Shown in pieces: positions 40,100-52,639 of a DNA stretch of 64,000 nucleotides. The notes under the pieces are model-generated. The model was not told where the DNA came from, did not search any database, and saw only the letters and a program-made list of their open reading frames with translations. Numbering within the stretch: the first letter of the stretch is position 1; the number at the start of each line of letters is the position of its first letter. Source of the DNA: Octopus sinensis (taxonomy: Eukaryota); contig NC_043012.1 in NCBI RefSeq assembly GCF_006345805.1, positions 55,428,001 through 55,492,000 on the forward strand, given 5' to 3'. Made by a program: the position numbers and the translations under genes.

Positions 40100-40808
40100 C
40101 TTGTTTTATTTATATTTCCTGAGCGCCATACTAATAAAATTGTTCGTTTGTTTTCCACCTGCCTTCGTCTTTTGTCTATTTTCATAAAGCTTCCCGTTAT
40201 ATATTATGTGCTCACGTGGTCTCACTTTCATCCTATATTCTACCAATACCACTATCAACACTTACCTCTACCTTGGATTTTCTTTACCTCTTGGATACTT
40301 ATCATTGGCTGCACCTCTCTTTCGCGGATCAAAGTGACTTTGCATTGATGTGAAATCCTTAAAAAATATACCACGGCGTCTACACATTTCTCACCTTGAA
40401 CTTTCAACCTTGAACTTGTTCGCATAAACTGTCCCGTTTGTTGTATTTTCTCTTATATTACCACTTTTTTTACATTCATTTCATGCTTTCCACATTTTCC
40501 TGCATTTTTGTTCTCCTTTCTGTCTTTCTTCCCTCTCTGGATGTCCATACTCCGTTTCCTCTGCCTGCACCCCCCTTTTTTGCCTCCCCCTCTCTCTGCT
40601 TCCCTTCTTTCTTTCCCTTTTCCGTTTGCCCCGTCTTTTCTGCCCCTATCGCTTACTTATCTAGTTTTTTCATACGATTATTATTTTTGTTTTTTTGAAC
40701 GTTTGTTTTTTCCTTTTTTTTTCTATTTTTTCATACGATAATTTTTGTTTTGTTTTGTTTTTTGTTTTTTTTTTGTTTTTTCGAACGTTTTTTTTTCGCT
40801 ATCCCATC

Positions 40809-43690
40809 ATGCCGGATCCTAGGTCCTACCTCCTCACCCTCCATCACCGTTTGAAGGATCATCTCCGTTCTCTTCCTGTATATTGCCTTCAGCCGTCCGT
40901 TAATCTCTCTCTACTTCTTTTAAAAAAACCCGCTTCTCTAGCCATGTCTCTTTCCTAAGCCGCTGCTACATCACCGACTCATCCCTAAAGGTTTCCGCCT
41001 CCACTTCCACCCTGCTCTCCACTCGGATTCTTCCATCTTACCCATACTCCGCACCACATCTTACCGCCTTATGCGGGCCACCATTCGCTCCAATCTCTCC
41101 AAACTACATGCCATCAACCGCCTTCTTCCTCCTGCTTTCTCCACCTTCTTCTCCTCTCTGCTGCCTCTCTATGCTCCAAACACGCTACGCTTCATTATCC
41201 ATTTGAATCAACTCTTCCATCAATTTCTTTCTGATACCAAACTTCGTAAACTCCAATCACTCTTCCATTCCACCCTACCCGACGCCACTACCCCAACTCC
41301 TCCACCACCCTTCTCCCCTCCCGATAGGCTCCATCCACCCACACCTAACCCCACTGCCCCTCCCTACAACCCCTTCTCCCCTCCCGATAGGCTCCATCCA
41401 CCTACACCTAACCCTACTGCCCCGCCCAACCACCCCCCACACACCTCCCCAATCCCTCCCCCTCAGACCTCCACGAGACCTACCACCCTCCTACCCCCTT
41501 CTACTCTTCCACCCACCCCTTCTCCACTTCCGTCTGTTTTACCATTCCCCCGATCTTCCCCTCTCTGCGGCTGAACGCTCCGTCCTTGGTAGGGGTCTGC
41601 GTTTCATCCCCCTCACTCCATCCTGTAAGGAATTCCAGACGCGAGTTGATGTCCACAGCTTTGTGCGCCGTGTCCGGTTGGGTGCGCATTACCACGACTC
41701 GCCACCCACACCCAACGAAGAGGACTGCTTCACTGGCCTGGGCCGCCGACCATCCCCGTGGACGCCTGCCCCTGGCCAGATCCTAGCAGTGGATCTTTTC
41801 GCGGGCGCTTGTCAGCGTGCATTGGAGCGGTTCAACTTCTCCAGGCGCCAACGCCGCCTCAACATCTCCCCGGCTGAGCTCTTGGCTCTCCGTTCCCTCC
41901 AACGGCGCGTGACATTATCATCAAACCGGCTGACAAGGGTGGAGCTGTAGTGGTGTGGCCGCGCGGACCTCTATAGGGCCGAGGCTTTCCGCCAACTCAA
42001 TGACACCTCCTTCTATTCCCCTCTGCCCTCTAACCCCACACGTAGCTACCAACAGACGGTATCCTCTACTGTCCACGACCTCATCTCGTCCTCCCGTCTC
42101 CCCCGCACCGCATCCAACCTAATTGTGCGAACCCACGTACCCCCACCATTTACTTCCTTCCCCAAAATCCACAAACCCAACAACCCTGGCCGCCCCATCG
42201 TCTCCGCCTGTAACTGCCCCACGGAGCTCATCTCTAAATACCTCGACCGTGTCCTTGCCCCCCTAGTGGCATCTCTTCCCTCCCACATCCACGATACCAA
42301 CCATGCTCTCCGGCTTTTCAAAACTCTTTCTCCTTTCCTCCCGGCTCCTCAAAATCCTTTTTACTATGGACATCCAAAGCCTCTATACTGTTATCCCTCA
42401 CCACGAAGGACTGCAGGCCCTTCGACACTTTCTTGACCTCCGCTCTAACCCTGTACCTGACACCTCCACACTCATTCGTCTGGCCGAACTTGTCCTTACT
42501 CTGAACTGCTTCTCGTTCGCGGGCGAGTTCTACCATCAGGTCTCGGGAGTGGCCATGGGAACGCGAATGGGCCCCAACTATGCGAACCTGTTCGTTGGCT
42601 ATGTTGAGGCCCAATATTCTCTAATTTCACTGGTCCCACTCACGAACTATATGGTCGTTACATCGACGACATTATCGGTGCCACCTCACTCTCCCGCGAA
42701 CATCTAGATTCCTTCCTCTCTTTCGTCCAATCTTTCCATCCAGCCCTCCACTTCACTTCCACTATCTCCAACACCTCTGTCTCCTTCCTCGACATTTCGG
42801 TTAGCATACTTCACTCCACTCTTTCCACCTCCATTCACTACAAACACACAGACTCACACTCATACCTCAACTTCTCTTCCTCCCACCCAGAACACACCAA
42901 GCTTTCCATCCCCTATTCCCAATTCCTCCGTCTACGTAGGCTCTGTAGTGACGACCATGACTTCGAGACTCAGTCTCAACGTATGGCTCACCACTTCACC
43001 CTACGTGGATACCCCCTCACCACTATCCACACCGCCCTTGCCAGAGCACGGTCCGTGGACCGTGTATCTGCTCTCTCTCCCCGAACCCGCCCTTAGTCTC
43101 CCGCCTCCCTTTCCCCTCACTTACCACCCCACGACCCTACGTCTCCAACGCACCATTCTTCGAGCTTTCCGTCATCTCCAGTCCGAACCCGTCCACTTCA
43201 CACCTCTTCCCTAACCGACCCCTCCCCTCTTTCAAACGAGCCCACAACTTCGAGACCTTTTGGTCCATAGCTCCTTCCCTGACCCTACCTCCCAACCGGC
43301 TCGTTCCCCTGCTCCCGCCCACGTTGCCGCACTTGCCCTTACCTCTCCAACACCACCCGCCTCACTAGCACCCACCATCGACCCCTATCCATCATCACTC
43401 CTTCACCTGCACCTCCAGCAATATTATCTATTGCATCTCTTGCTCTCTCTCTTGCAATTCCTTGGCTGACCGGTTCGCGGAACACCTTCGTGACATCCAC
43501 CTTGCGAACGACACACCGGTCTCACGCATTTCCGCTCCACCGGTCACTCCTTGCAACACCTATCTGTGTTCGGTTTGTCCTTACACAGAGGCCATCCGGA
43601 TTCCCGTTTGCGCCGTGAACAGAATTAATCTTCTCTCTTCGCTCTTATACGCCATTTGGTCTCAACTCTCCCCCCTCCTCATCTAACGCC
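40809..43690 (+). pseudogene. PLE polyprotein (N-terminal domain, reverse transcriptase, Cys linker, GIY-YIG), multiply frameshifted
   Basis: LIPKGF; IIIKPADKGGAVVVW; PKIHKPNNPGRPIVS; MDIQSLYT; GVAMGTRMGPNYANLF; YIDD (42659-42670); LTYHP; CSRPRCRTC; SSNIIYCISC; LADRFAEHLRD; PFGLN. Confidence 0.95.
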
Positions 43691-44487
43691 CCTCTCCCCC
43701 CTCCTCACCTATCCTTTCCCCCGACCCCTACTTTTCAGTCCTTCATCCTTTCACCCTACTCCCCTTCCCTTCTTCCCTCTTCTCCCTCCCTCCTTCCCTC
43801 TTCCCCATTCCCCCCTTCTGCTCCCTACTCCCCCTCTCCCTCCTTCCTCCTTCCTCCCCCTCCCCTCCCTTCTCCTCCCCCTCCCCTCCCTCCTCCTCTT
43901 CCCCCCTCTCCTCTCCCCCCTTCTCCCCCCTTTTCTCCTCACAAACCCACACACAACGACTTCACACATCACATCATATATGATGTGCCATACTAATACA
44001 TACACCAACTAATACATACTAATACGTACTAATAATATACTAATACATACTAATACATACACCAACCCTATACATACACACGTCCAGACCCCTCATACGC
44101 ACTTATACTCTCTCATAACACACACCACACACACTTATACATACTAATACGTACTAATACAACTAATACATACTAATACATACACCAACCCCATACATAC
44201 GCACGTCCACACCAATCCTACGCACTAATACTCTCTCATACAACACACACCCTTATACATACTAATACATACACCAACCCTATACATACACACGTCCAGA
44301 CCCCTCCTACGCACTATTAGCTGGTCCTTCAACCATATTATCAACCCTATTATTCCCCTTATTTCGCTCTCGCGTCTCATGTTTGATCTTTGACCTCTGG
44401 CCGAAATCAGATCGCCATGTTGATTCGTTAGCTACTGCACGCATTTTTTTTCTCTCCTTCTTTCTGTGTTTTGTTTTCTCTAGTGTA

Positions 44488-44525
44488 TCTTTCTGTTGAA
44501 GAGCGTAGGCTCGAAACGTAAAGAC
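44488..44525 (+). ncRNA. Minimal hammerhead ribozyme in the 3' pLTR
   Basis: Same motif with a GTA triplet; helix I is one A short. Confidence 0.7.
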
Positions 44526-44619
44526 TTGTTTTATTTATATTTCCTGAGCGCCATACTAATACAATTGTTCGTTTGTTTTCCACCTGCCTCGTCTTTTGTC
44601 TATTTTCATAAAGCTTCCG

Positions 44620-44666
<47 letters not shown>

Positions 44667-44740
44667 TATACATGTGATATATATATACGCATATTTATAC
44701 ATGCCCCCTATGTGTGTGTGCACATAGATACATATATATA

Positions 44741-44786
<46 letters not shown>

Positions 44787-44789
<3 letters not shown>

Positions 44790-45044
44790 AATGAGATAGG
44801 GGTTGTAAATGCAACCCTCCATGGGATAAAATATATCCAATTTATATTCTTTTTTTATATATATTCTACTTATTATACAACATTACTCTTTTATGTACAC
44901 TTTTTATGTACATTCCTTTATGTACACTGATTTGTTCTGCTTTTTTATGTTTAACCCTACAGCTCTTAGTGGTGGTTAATAAAGTATGATTGAGTATTAT
45001 CTGGTAATTAATATTGATTAGATGTATTTCTCCATTTTTTATCT

Positions 45045-45077
<33 letters not shown>

Positions 45078-45640
45078 TACAAAATTAGAGAATGGAGAAA
45101 CATACTTAAATCAATAACAATCAACTATCCGATGATACCCAATCAATACTTAATACACCATTACATATGAGTAAAGGCATTATATAAAATGAGATATACA
45201 GTAATAGTAAAAAGATACCTGCCTTTATGGCTAAGAGGTTAAATGAGGTATGACTGCCCTCACTGCCGAAACAGCTGTCAGTTTTGATTTAATTGCATAT
45301 ATATTTGAAAATTTTTTTACTTATATCTCTTTATCTTTTTACTATTACTGTATATCTCATTTATATAATGCCTTTACTCATATGAATGGTGTATTAAAGT
45401 ATTGATTGGGTATCATCGGATAGTTGATGTTTTATTGATTAAGTATGCTTCTCCATTCTCTAATTTTGTAGTATTAATTTACGGTAATATTATTACCTTT
45501 ACCCATAAATACAATAGATGAACTGATTGTTTGACAATTTTTAACATCTATGTATAATCTTGTTGGGTACCTATCTGGCAGTATATTGGATATATATTAT
45601 CCATGGTGGGTTGAATTTTCAAACCCTATCTCATTTTATA
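44787..45640. mobile_element. Nested foldback complex between (TA)n tracts
   Basis: Outer IR ~44787-44845 / ~45582-45640; inner IR 45075-45217 / 45332-45473; the inner spacer holds the HHR remnant gccGAAAC-AGCT-GTC-agtt. Confidence 0.75.
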
Positions 45641-45652
45641 ACCTATATATAT

Positions 45653-45688
<36 letters not shown>

Positions 45689-45759
45689 AATATGTATATA
45701 TATATGTATATATATATATATACACACACACAACACAACACATATAAATATTATATAGT

Positions 45760-45795
<36 letters not shown>

Positions 45796-46288
45796 ATAGA
45801 CATATATATACGATATACATATATAACATATATATCAGATACTGCAAAACACGACCAGAACTAAAAACTCTCCATCTCCCCGCATTGAAAAGGGAGTTCG
45901 CTACTAAACCAGTCAAATTCTGTGATCAATGGATTTTTGCAGTATGTATGAGAGAGAGAGAGAGAGAGGGAGAGAGAGAGAGAGGGAGAGAGAGAGAGGG
46001 AGAGAGAGAGGGGAGAGAGATGAGCAAAGGAAGCTATCGTTGAGCATGTTGTGGAAAATAAAAACCAGCCAATTTCCGCTTCCTGTTGAAGACGATGTAC
46101 GATGTTCCTTCCGACGCCAGACAATGGTAGACGATCAAGTTGACATAACACTGAGATTGCCATTTAGTTGTTGATGTGTTTACGTATATAATGCAGTAGC
46201 TATACGTTGTGTGTGTGTGTTTTGTGTGTATTGTTTGTGCGTGGTGTTGTGTGCGAGCGCGCGCAGTGCGTGGTGTGTATATATATAT

Positions 46289-46342
<54 letters not shown>

Positions 46343-46394
46343 CAGGAGAACGGAGATTTACGCATCCATATTTTATTATAGTTATTTGGCCAGC

Positions 46395-46428
<34 letters not shown>

Positions 46429-46656
46429 GCTGGCCAGATTGGAGCAATCTCGAATATAACCACCCAAAATTGCAATGATAATCTGGAACTCGACTGAGGA
46501 TAAAAAAACTCCTTGTTTTCTTTGTATCGTCTGTCTGGATGTTTTGTGTTCTTGTCCCATTTTTGTATTTTATATATATATAGATAGATATATATTTAAA
46601 ATTTCGAGTAAGACACATCCATCTCATTAGATGTGGCCACCTCTCCGAACGTTCAA

Positions 46657-46706
46657 ACATCTGACGAAGTGGATGTGTTCTACACCCACGAAACTTTAAG
46701 TGATGT
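46657..46706 (+). ncRNA. Hammerhead ribozyme, canonical core but G at the cleavage position
   Basis: acat-CTGACGA-a-gtgg..gtg-ttcta-cac-ccac-GAAAC-TTTAA-GTG-atgt. Confidence 0.72.
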
Positions 46707-46979
46707 GTAGCTGAGTCTCTCTCTTATTAAATGTAGGAAACTCTTACCACATGTGTTAAGCTTCACTTTCTTTATTCCCTTCAATCACTCGCGCGTGTAT
46801 GTGTATATGTCTGAGTGTTTTTATGTATCTATATGTATGTATGTGTGCGTATGTGTGTGCGTGCGTATATATATGTGTGTTATGTATGTCTATATATATA
46901 GGTATGTATTTGTGTGTGTGTGTGTGTGTAACCACATGTGAATCCCTGCTGACGTTCTGGGATTCAGAAGCAAACACGG

Positions 46980-47165
46980 TCAATTACGGATAGTGGTCAA
47001 AGGGAGACAATCCCTTATTGACAAATAGTAAGGATGTCTTTTCTTCCTCCATTTTCTAGAGAGGTGATTTGCTGGAGAGGCTATAGGCAAACGGGTTTTG
47101 GGTCTGAATAAACGCTGTAAACTTAAGCACTTTATGGACGCGAAACACTGAGTAACTCCATACAC
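46980..47165 (+). mobile_element. Short pLTR-type fragment with degenerate HHR (47100-47158); related copy at 51160-51300
   Basis: ctgaata...gacgcGAAAC-ACTGA-GTA-actcc versus ccgacga...gatgcGAAAC-CCGGG-GTA-actcc. Confidence 0.55.
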
Positions 47166-47229
47166 CGGACATATCTATCTTTATATATATATATACAGTC
47201 ATATATATAATTCAACATGTGCAACTGTT

Positions 47230-47485
47230 AACCCGTAACTCTCTTTTTTTCTTTTTTCACCCCACCCCACCCCCACCGCCATTTGTTTTCTATCGTCATT
47301 CCTTTCTGTAGAAGAGCGTAAGCTCAAAATGTCAATGATTCTTCCACTTTTCCAGAGTGTCGAACTAATAGACTAAACCATGCGTAGGCTCGAAACGGCA
47401 ACGTCGAGCGTTAAACTAATACACCTGCCTGTTGTTCCCTCACCTGCCTTCCATTTTCTTTTCTATAAATTTTAACTATACAATA
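47230..47485 (+). mobile_element. Degenerate pLTR fragment
   Basis: tttctgtagaagagcgtaagctcaaaatg and gcgtaggctcgaaacgg; 3' end runs into (TACA)/(TA)n. Confidence 0.6.
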
Positions 47486-47507
47486 TACATACATACATAC
47501 ATACTAT

Positions 47508-47577
<70 letters not shown>

Positions 47578-47582
<5 letters not shown>

Positions 47583-47808
47583 CGGGAAGCTTTATGAAAA
47601 TAAACAAAAGACGAAGGCAGGTGGAATACAACAAAACAATTGTATTAGTATGGCGCTCAGGAAATATAAATAAAAGAAGTCTTTTACGTTTCGAGCCTAC
47701 GCTCTTCAACAGAAAGATACACAGAGAAGAAACACAGAAAGAAGGAGAGAAAAAATGCGTGCAGAGGCTAGCGAATCAACATGGCGATCTGATTTCGGCC
47801 AGAAGTCA
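47578..47808 (-). mobile_element. 5'-truncated copy of the Neptune-like pLTR
   Basis: Reverse complement of ~39968-40204; 3' end fused to (TA)n. Confidence 0.92.
47680..47717 (-). ncRNA. Minimal hammerhead ribozyme, best-preserved copy of the Neptune-like family
   Basis: tcttt-CTGTTGA-a-GAGC-gtag-GCTC-GAAAC-GTA-aaaga. Confidence 0.75.
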
Positions 47809-48159
47809 ATACACACATGTGTGTGTATTGATTTCCTTTTTTTTTTTTTGAACCAATGAAATCATAAGGTGAAAGGAAAGGGTTAATATGGCGGCTACAA
47901 ATGAGTTGTTTCCGTTGTTGTTAGTTACATTTTGCTAGTTGTAGCAATAATCCCGGTGGATGTTCCATTCTCGGCAGTGATGAATGCGTTCAATGAATGA
48001 GTGGGCGGCAAAACAAAGCTAACAGAAGTCGACAAGAGAATTAACATAAGGAAATATATATTACATGGTTTACAATAGAAAGCTTCTGTTAGTATTTCTC
48101 TCCCTCTCTCTCTCTCTCTTCTTGATATATATACATATGCATATATACAAACATACATT

Positions 48160-48166
48160 TGTATAT

Positions 48167-48229
<63 letters not shown>

Positions 48230-48336
48230 CATATATGTATATGTATATATATGTGTGTGTATGTATATATATATATATATATACGCATGTATACATATGC
48301 ATCTGTTTATATATGTGTATATATTATATATATATA

Positions 48337-48378
<42 letters not shown>

Positions 48379-48547
48379 GCATGTGTACACATGCATTTCT
48401 TTATATATGTGTGTGTGTGTATATATATATACACACACACGCATGTATACATATGCATTTGTTTATATGTGTGTGCATATATATTTATATATGTATGTAT
48501 ATATATATATATATATATACACGCATGTATACATATGCATTTGTTTA

Positions 48548-48601
<54 letters not shown>

Positions 48602-48723
48602 GACATATATATATGTATGTATATATGTTTGCATGGACATACATTTACGTATGTATCTATTCATCTATTTATCCGTATATGCGTGTGTATAGATATGTGT
48701 ATCTATCTATCTATCTATTAATC

Positions 48724-48754
<31 letters not shown>

Positions 48755-48850
48755 ACACACATATAGAGATATACATGTAATTATGTATACACACACACAT
48801 GCACACACACACACATGCACACACACACACACACACACACACAGTATGTG
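48160..48850. repeat. (GATA)n/(TA)n/(TG)n compound repeat with a recurring acgcatgtatacatatgcat unit
   Basis: Tandem runs plus a larger recurring unit. Confidence 0.9.
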
Positions 48851-49650
48851 GGTGAGAGATTTTGTTCAGTCTGCAATTAAACTAAACGGTATATAAAGTC
48901 TCCGGTTAATATAAAGGACGCCATACAATGGACCTTGTTGAGTATTGAAAGATATTTGTTACAATTATACCAAACGTAGCAGAACGGTTGTTTTGTTTCG
49001 ATGAACGTTATGCTCTTTTACCAGAGAACACGGACGGTTTCTAAGCAATGAGAGTAAATAGCAGAGATATAAATCAGCATAGAACCAGATTCGATACAGT
49101 CAAATCAAACATTATTTCATTTGGCTGTATCGAAGCTTGTTCAAAGCTAGTGACGTATGCTGCTGTTGTAGTTTTTTTATTATCTGCTCTCAGATACTAA
49201 CCTTATTCACTCTTGAATATCCGTTGTTGAAAACGGTTGTTGATACAATAGTGATAACACAGACACACACATACTAGAATCATCTGGCGAGACGGACGAG
49301 ACCAATGCGCCTACGGAAGTTTAAGTCGTATGGAGCTGAATTAAACTTATTAAAGATATATGTAACTCTTACCAAATTTGTTGAGTGCTATATATATATA
49401 TATTTATATAATAGAAATATGTTACAAAAAGAAAATAGAAGCTACACGTGGAAATGTAAGGGGAAGTAAGAAGAAAAATAAGCGAAAATGCACATTGGAA
49501 ATCAAAAATAGTAAAGGTTTTTTTATAAAAAGTAACGATAGATATATACAATTGGAGGAACTGAGGTAGGAATAAAAGTAATAAAAGTGATTAAGAGATT
49601 CAAAAGCATACCGGTTTCGTGAATTTTCTAATCATTGCTTTGAATGCACA

Positions 49651-49688
<38 letters not shown>

Positions 49689-49835
49689 AAGAGCAATAAA
49701 GATTCAAGTTAATTTAAAAAAATTTACTTGAATATGGTACCTAACTTAGATGCACCAAAAAAAACTATACTGATTTAACAATACAGTAATGTGGGGTGAT
49801 TATAAGCGAGAAAGAAGCAACAAGAATGGATAGGT

Positions 49836-49926
49836 TTTTAGTACGATCGTTTCATACAAGGACAGGTTTTATTAAAAGTTGCAAAGATTACAGCATATAA
49901 ACGAGCCCCGTACTCATCAGCTAAAA
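49836..49926 (-). ncRNA. Intact canonical type-I hammerhead ribozyme
   Basis: Reverse complement of 50379-50469. Confidence 0.88.
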
Positions 49927-50378
49927 TACATGTAAGTTCTCTAGACATCCTAGTGTTTGAGGCTATACTCATGAAGTAATGTAGATAATTAAACAGATTT
50001 CTAAAGTTCATTAAAGTTCTTTAAAGATGATGTATAGTCTTATCACAGAATTTTTAAAAAAGTTTTGATAGCATCACAGAGAAGGTGACCTAATCCATAT
50101 GAATTTCCATAGATATGATGAGGGATTATATACTCACAGAAGACAAAAGACAAATTTATCCATTGTTATTGTTATATAATCCCTCATCATATCTATGGAA
50201 ATTCATATGGATTAGGTCACCTTCTCTGTGATGCTATCAAAACTTTTTTAAAAATTCTGTGATAAGACTATACATCATCTTTAAAGAACTTTAATGAACT
50301 TTAGAAATCTGTTTAATTATCTACATTACTTCATGAGTATAGCCTCAAACACTAGGATGTCTAGAGAACTTACATGTA

Positions 50379-50469
50379 TTTTAGCTGATGAGTACGGGGC
50401 TCGTTTATATGCTGTAATCTTTGCAACTTTTAATAAAACCTGTCCTTGTATGAAACGATCGTACTAAAA
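50379..50469 (+). ncRNA. Intact canonical type-I hammerhead ribozyme
   Basis: ttttag-CTGATGA-gtacgggg...ccttgtat-GAAAC-GATC-GTA-ctaaaa: 6-bp helix I, helix II with G-U pairs, palindromic GATC loop; predicted cleavage after 50463. Confidence 0.9.
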
Positions 50470-50500
50470 ACCTATCCATTCTTGTTGCTTCTTTCTCGCG

Positions 50501-50528
<28 letters not shown>

Positions 50529-50532
<4 letters not shown>

Positions 50533-50720
50533 TAATCCAAACAAGAAAACACAGAAAAAAAGAGAAAAAAAAACACAGCAACGCAGGACGTGGAACAATT
50601 AAAGTATTATTGACGCTCAGGAAAGAAGGGAAGGAGGGTTTAACGTTTCGAGCGGAGCTCTTCGTCGGAAACAAGGAGAAGGAAAGATCCCAAGAAGGGA
50701 AGACAGAGGAAAAAATATTT
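50529..50720 (-). mobile_element. pLTR fragment of another PLE family
   Basis: Carries the HHR at 50638-50672; 3' end abuts (TA)n. Confidence 0.7.
50638..50672 (-). ncRNA. Minimal hammerhead ribozyme with U4>C core
   Basis: gttt-CCGACGA-a-GAGC-tcc-GCTC-GAAAC-GTT-aaac; a degenerate plus-strand relative lies at 50846-50872. Confidence 0.72.
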
Positions 50721-50952
50721 GAGCTGGTGGTGCTCAAGAGATCACATGTTGAAAGAACAGAAGTTGAGAGGTAGTCGATATATATAACTACACACGTGCT
50801 GTTGGCAATTTCTTTTACTTCTTTGAACTTTTCCCTTTCTCCTCTCCGACGAAGAAGTATGCTCGAAACGTCAAATTCTCTCCTTGTGCACGTCCGCTTG
50901 TCCGTAAATTTTATTATTCGTTTATTTGAATTGATTGTTTATTTAAATTGAC

Positions 50953-51110
<158 letters not shown>

Positions 51111-51309
51111 TCGTCAGTAAAGCACACTAAGTTATAGAGTGTAAGGTAATTAGATAAAGATAGTTATGGTCGGTGTATTGCCACGAGGTCTTTTCTTTCT
51201 CCACTTTTAAGAGAAGTTATAAGCTGCCGGCCATTAGGTTCCGACGAGATGCTGTAAGGCTAGGCGCTTTATGGATGCGAAACCCGGGGTAACTCCATAG
51301 ATATATATA

Positions 51310-51821
51310 ACTAGCAGTATCGCCCGGCGTTGCTCGGATTTGTAAGGGAAATAACTATATAAGCATTTTTAGAGAGTTACTTCCCTTATAGATGCCAATT
51401 CGGGCTTTCTTAGCTATTTCTGTTTTGGTGTCTTCAAGCCATGAAGTCGTTGTTCTAAAAGAACGCTGGTCTCCTTGACAACGCTTTACGACGTTGATTT
51501 CCTTACACTCCCTTCCCCACAGCTTCACGAGGGAGGGAAGAAGGGGGAGAACACAGGTGCAGGTGTGACCATGGACGCCAACTCCTCTGCCATCGACACA
51601 CGAAAAAATATGCATTAAAATGGAATAAAAAATTATGTTAAATTATTTTTAAAATCGTAGACTCATCGTAGACGCGCGCTAATACGCAGACGGGCTCGAT
51701 ATGAATCACGACTATAAGATACCCGAATTTGGTTAAACTGCACCGCAAAATGTGGGAGTAGTTAAGAATCTAAATCGAAGGGGACAGACAATCACACAAC
51801 TACAGTTTTATATATATAGAT
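51310..51821 (+). mobile_element. Non-autonomous Helentron-associated (HINE/DINE-1-like) element
   Basis: 5' ACTAGC..GCCCGGCGTTGCTCGG and 3' cagacaatcacac...ttttatatatatagat, typical terminal layout. Confidence 0.72.
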
Positions 51822-52422
51822 AGCCCACATACTTAGACGTGATCTGTCGCCTCGGTTCTCAAGTCTTTATCAAATGTAAACATATCGACAAATTGCATTT
51901 GTTAAGCAGAAGAACACCACACTCTCAGGATTAAGCATGCAATCTCACAAACTTGGACCCTCTCCCTGTTGAATTAATTTACATCCAGTATAATAATTCT
52001 GATTCGAACAGGCCAAAGGGACGCAACTCTTAATTTTCTTTTTTCATATTCCAGTTTTTTTTTTGTTGTTTTTTTTTTACTTTCCTCTTGTCCTTTCTTC
52101 TGTTTCCTCAAAGGCCTACATCCTTTCTCCTTTTTTTCTCAGAAAAGACCGGCCATATTGTATATTTGAATTTAAAAGATTGTTTGGAAACACAAGCACG
52201 CTATACAAGCTTTACGGATTATCGTATTTTCACAACATGAAGCTTATAGTAGCGCGCGTGCGCGCACGAGTATGCGTGTGTATGTTTGCACGTGTGTATG
52301 CATACATGCGTGAAAGTAAGTGTGTGCTTGTGTCTTTGTTGCCTCTACTGTTTGACAACTGGTATTGGTTTGTTTATACACACACATATATATATACTTT
52401 ATTTAAAAGTACATATATATAT

Positions 52423-52456
<34 letters not shown>

Positions 52457-52639
52457 ACGTAAAGTATACTAGCCATCTCAATATGGTTAACCACTAAGGG
52501 GGGGGGGGGGTTACTGTAGCTTTTAGCCCCAGGAGATCAAGTAACACCCACCTTTAATGGTTAGCCATATTGAGATGGCTAGTATACTTTACGTTGTCGA
52601 GCAGTTACTGTTTACATCTCGTTCAGAGATTTATTATTG

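Larger units (their letters stand above)
39585..44626 (+). mobile_element. Near full-length Neptune-like Penelope-like retroelement (pLTR-ORF-pLTR)
   Basis: ~620-bp direct repeats at 39585-40204 and 43997-44626 flank a frameshifted RT + GIY-YIG ORF; the 3' end runs into (TA)n. Confidence 0.93.
49688..50499. mobile_element. PLE-type foldback: 327-bp inverted repeat with 40-bp spacer, between (TA)n tracts
   Basis: Arms 49806-50132 and 50173-50499 look identical by eye; the left arm extends to (TA)n ending at 49687; the right arm ends at (TA)n starting at 50501. Confidence 0.95.
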
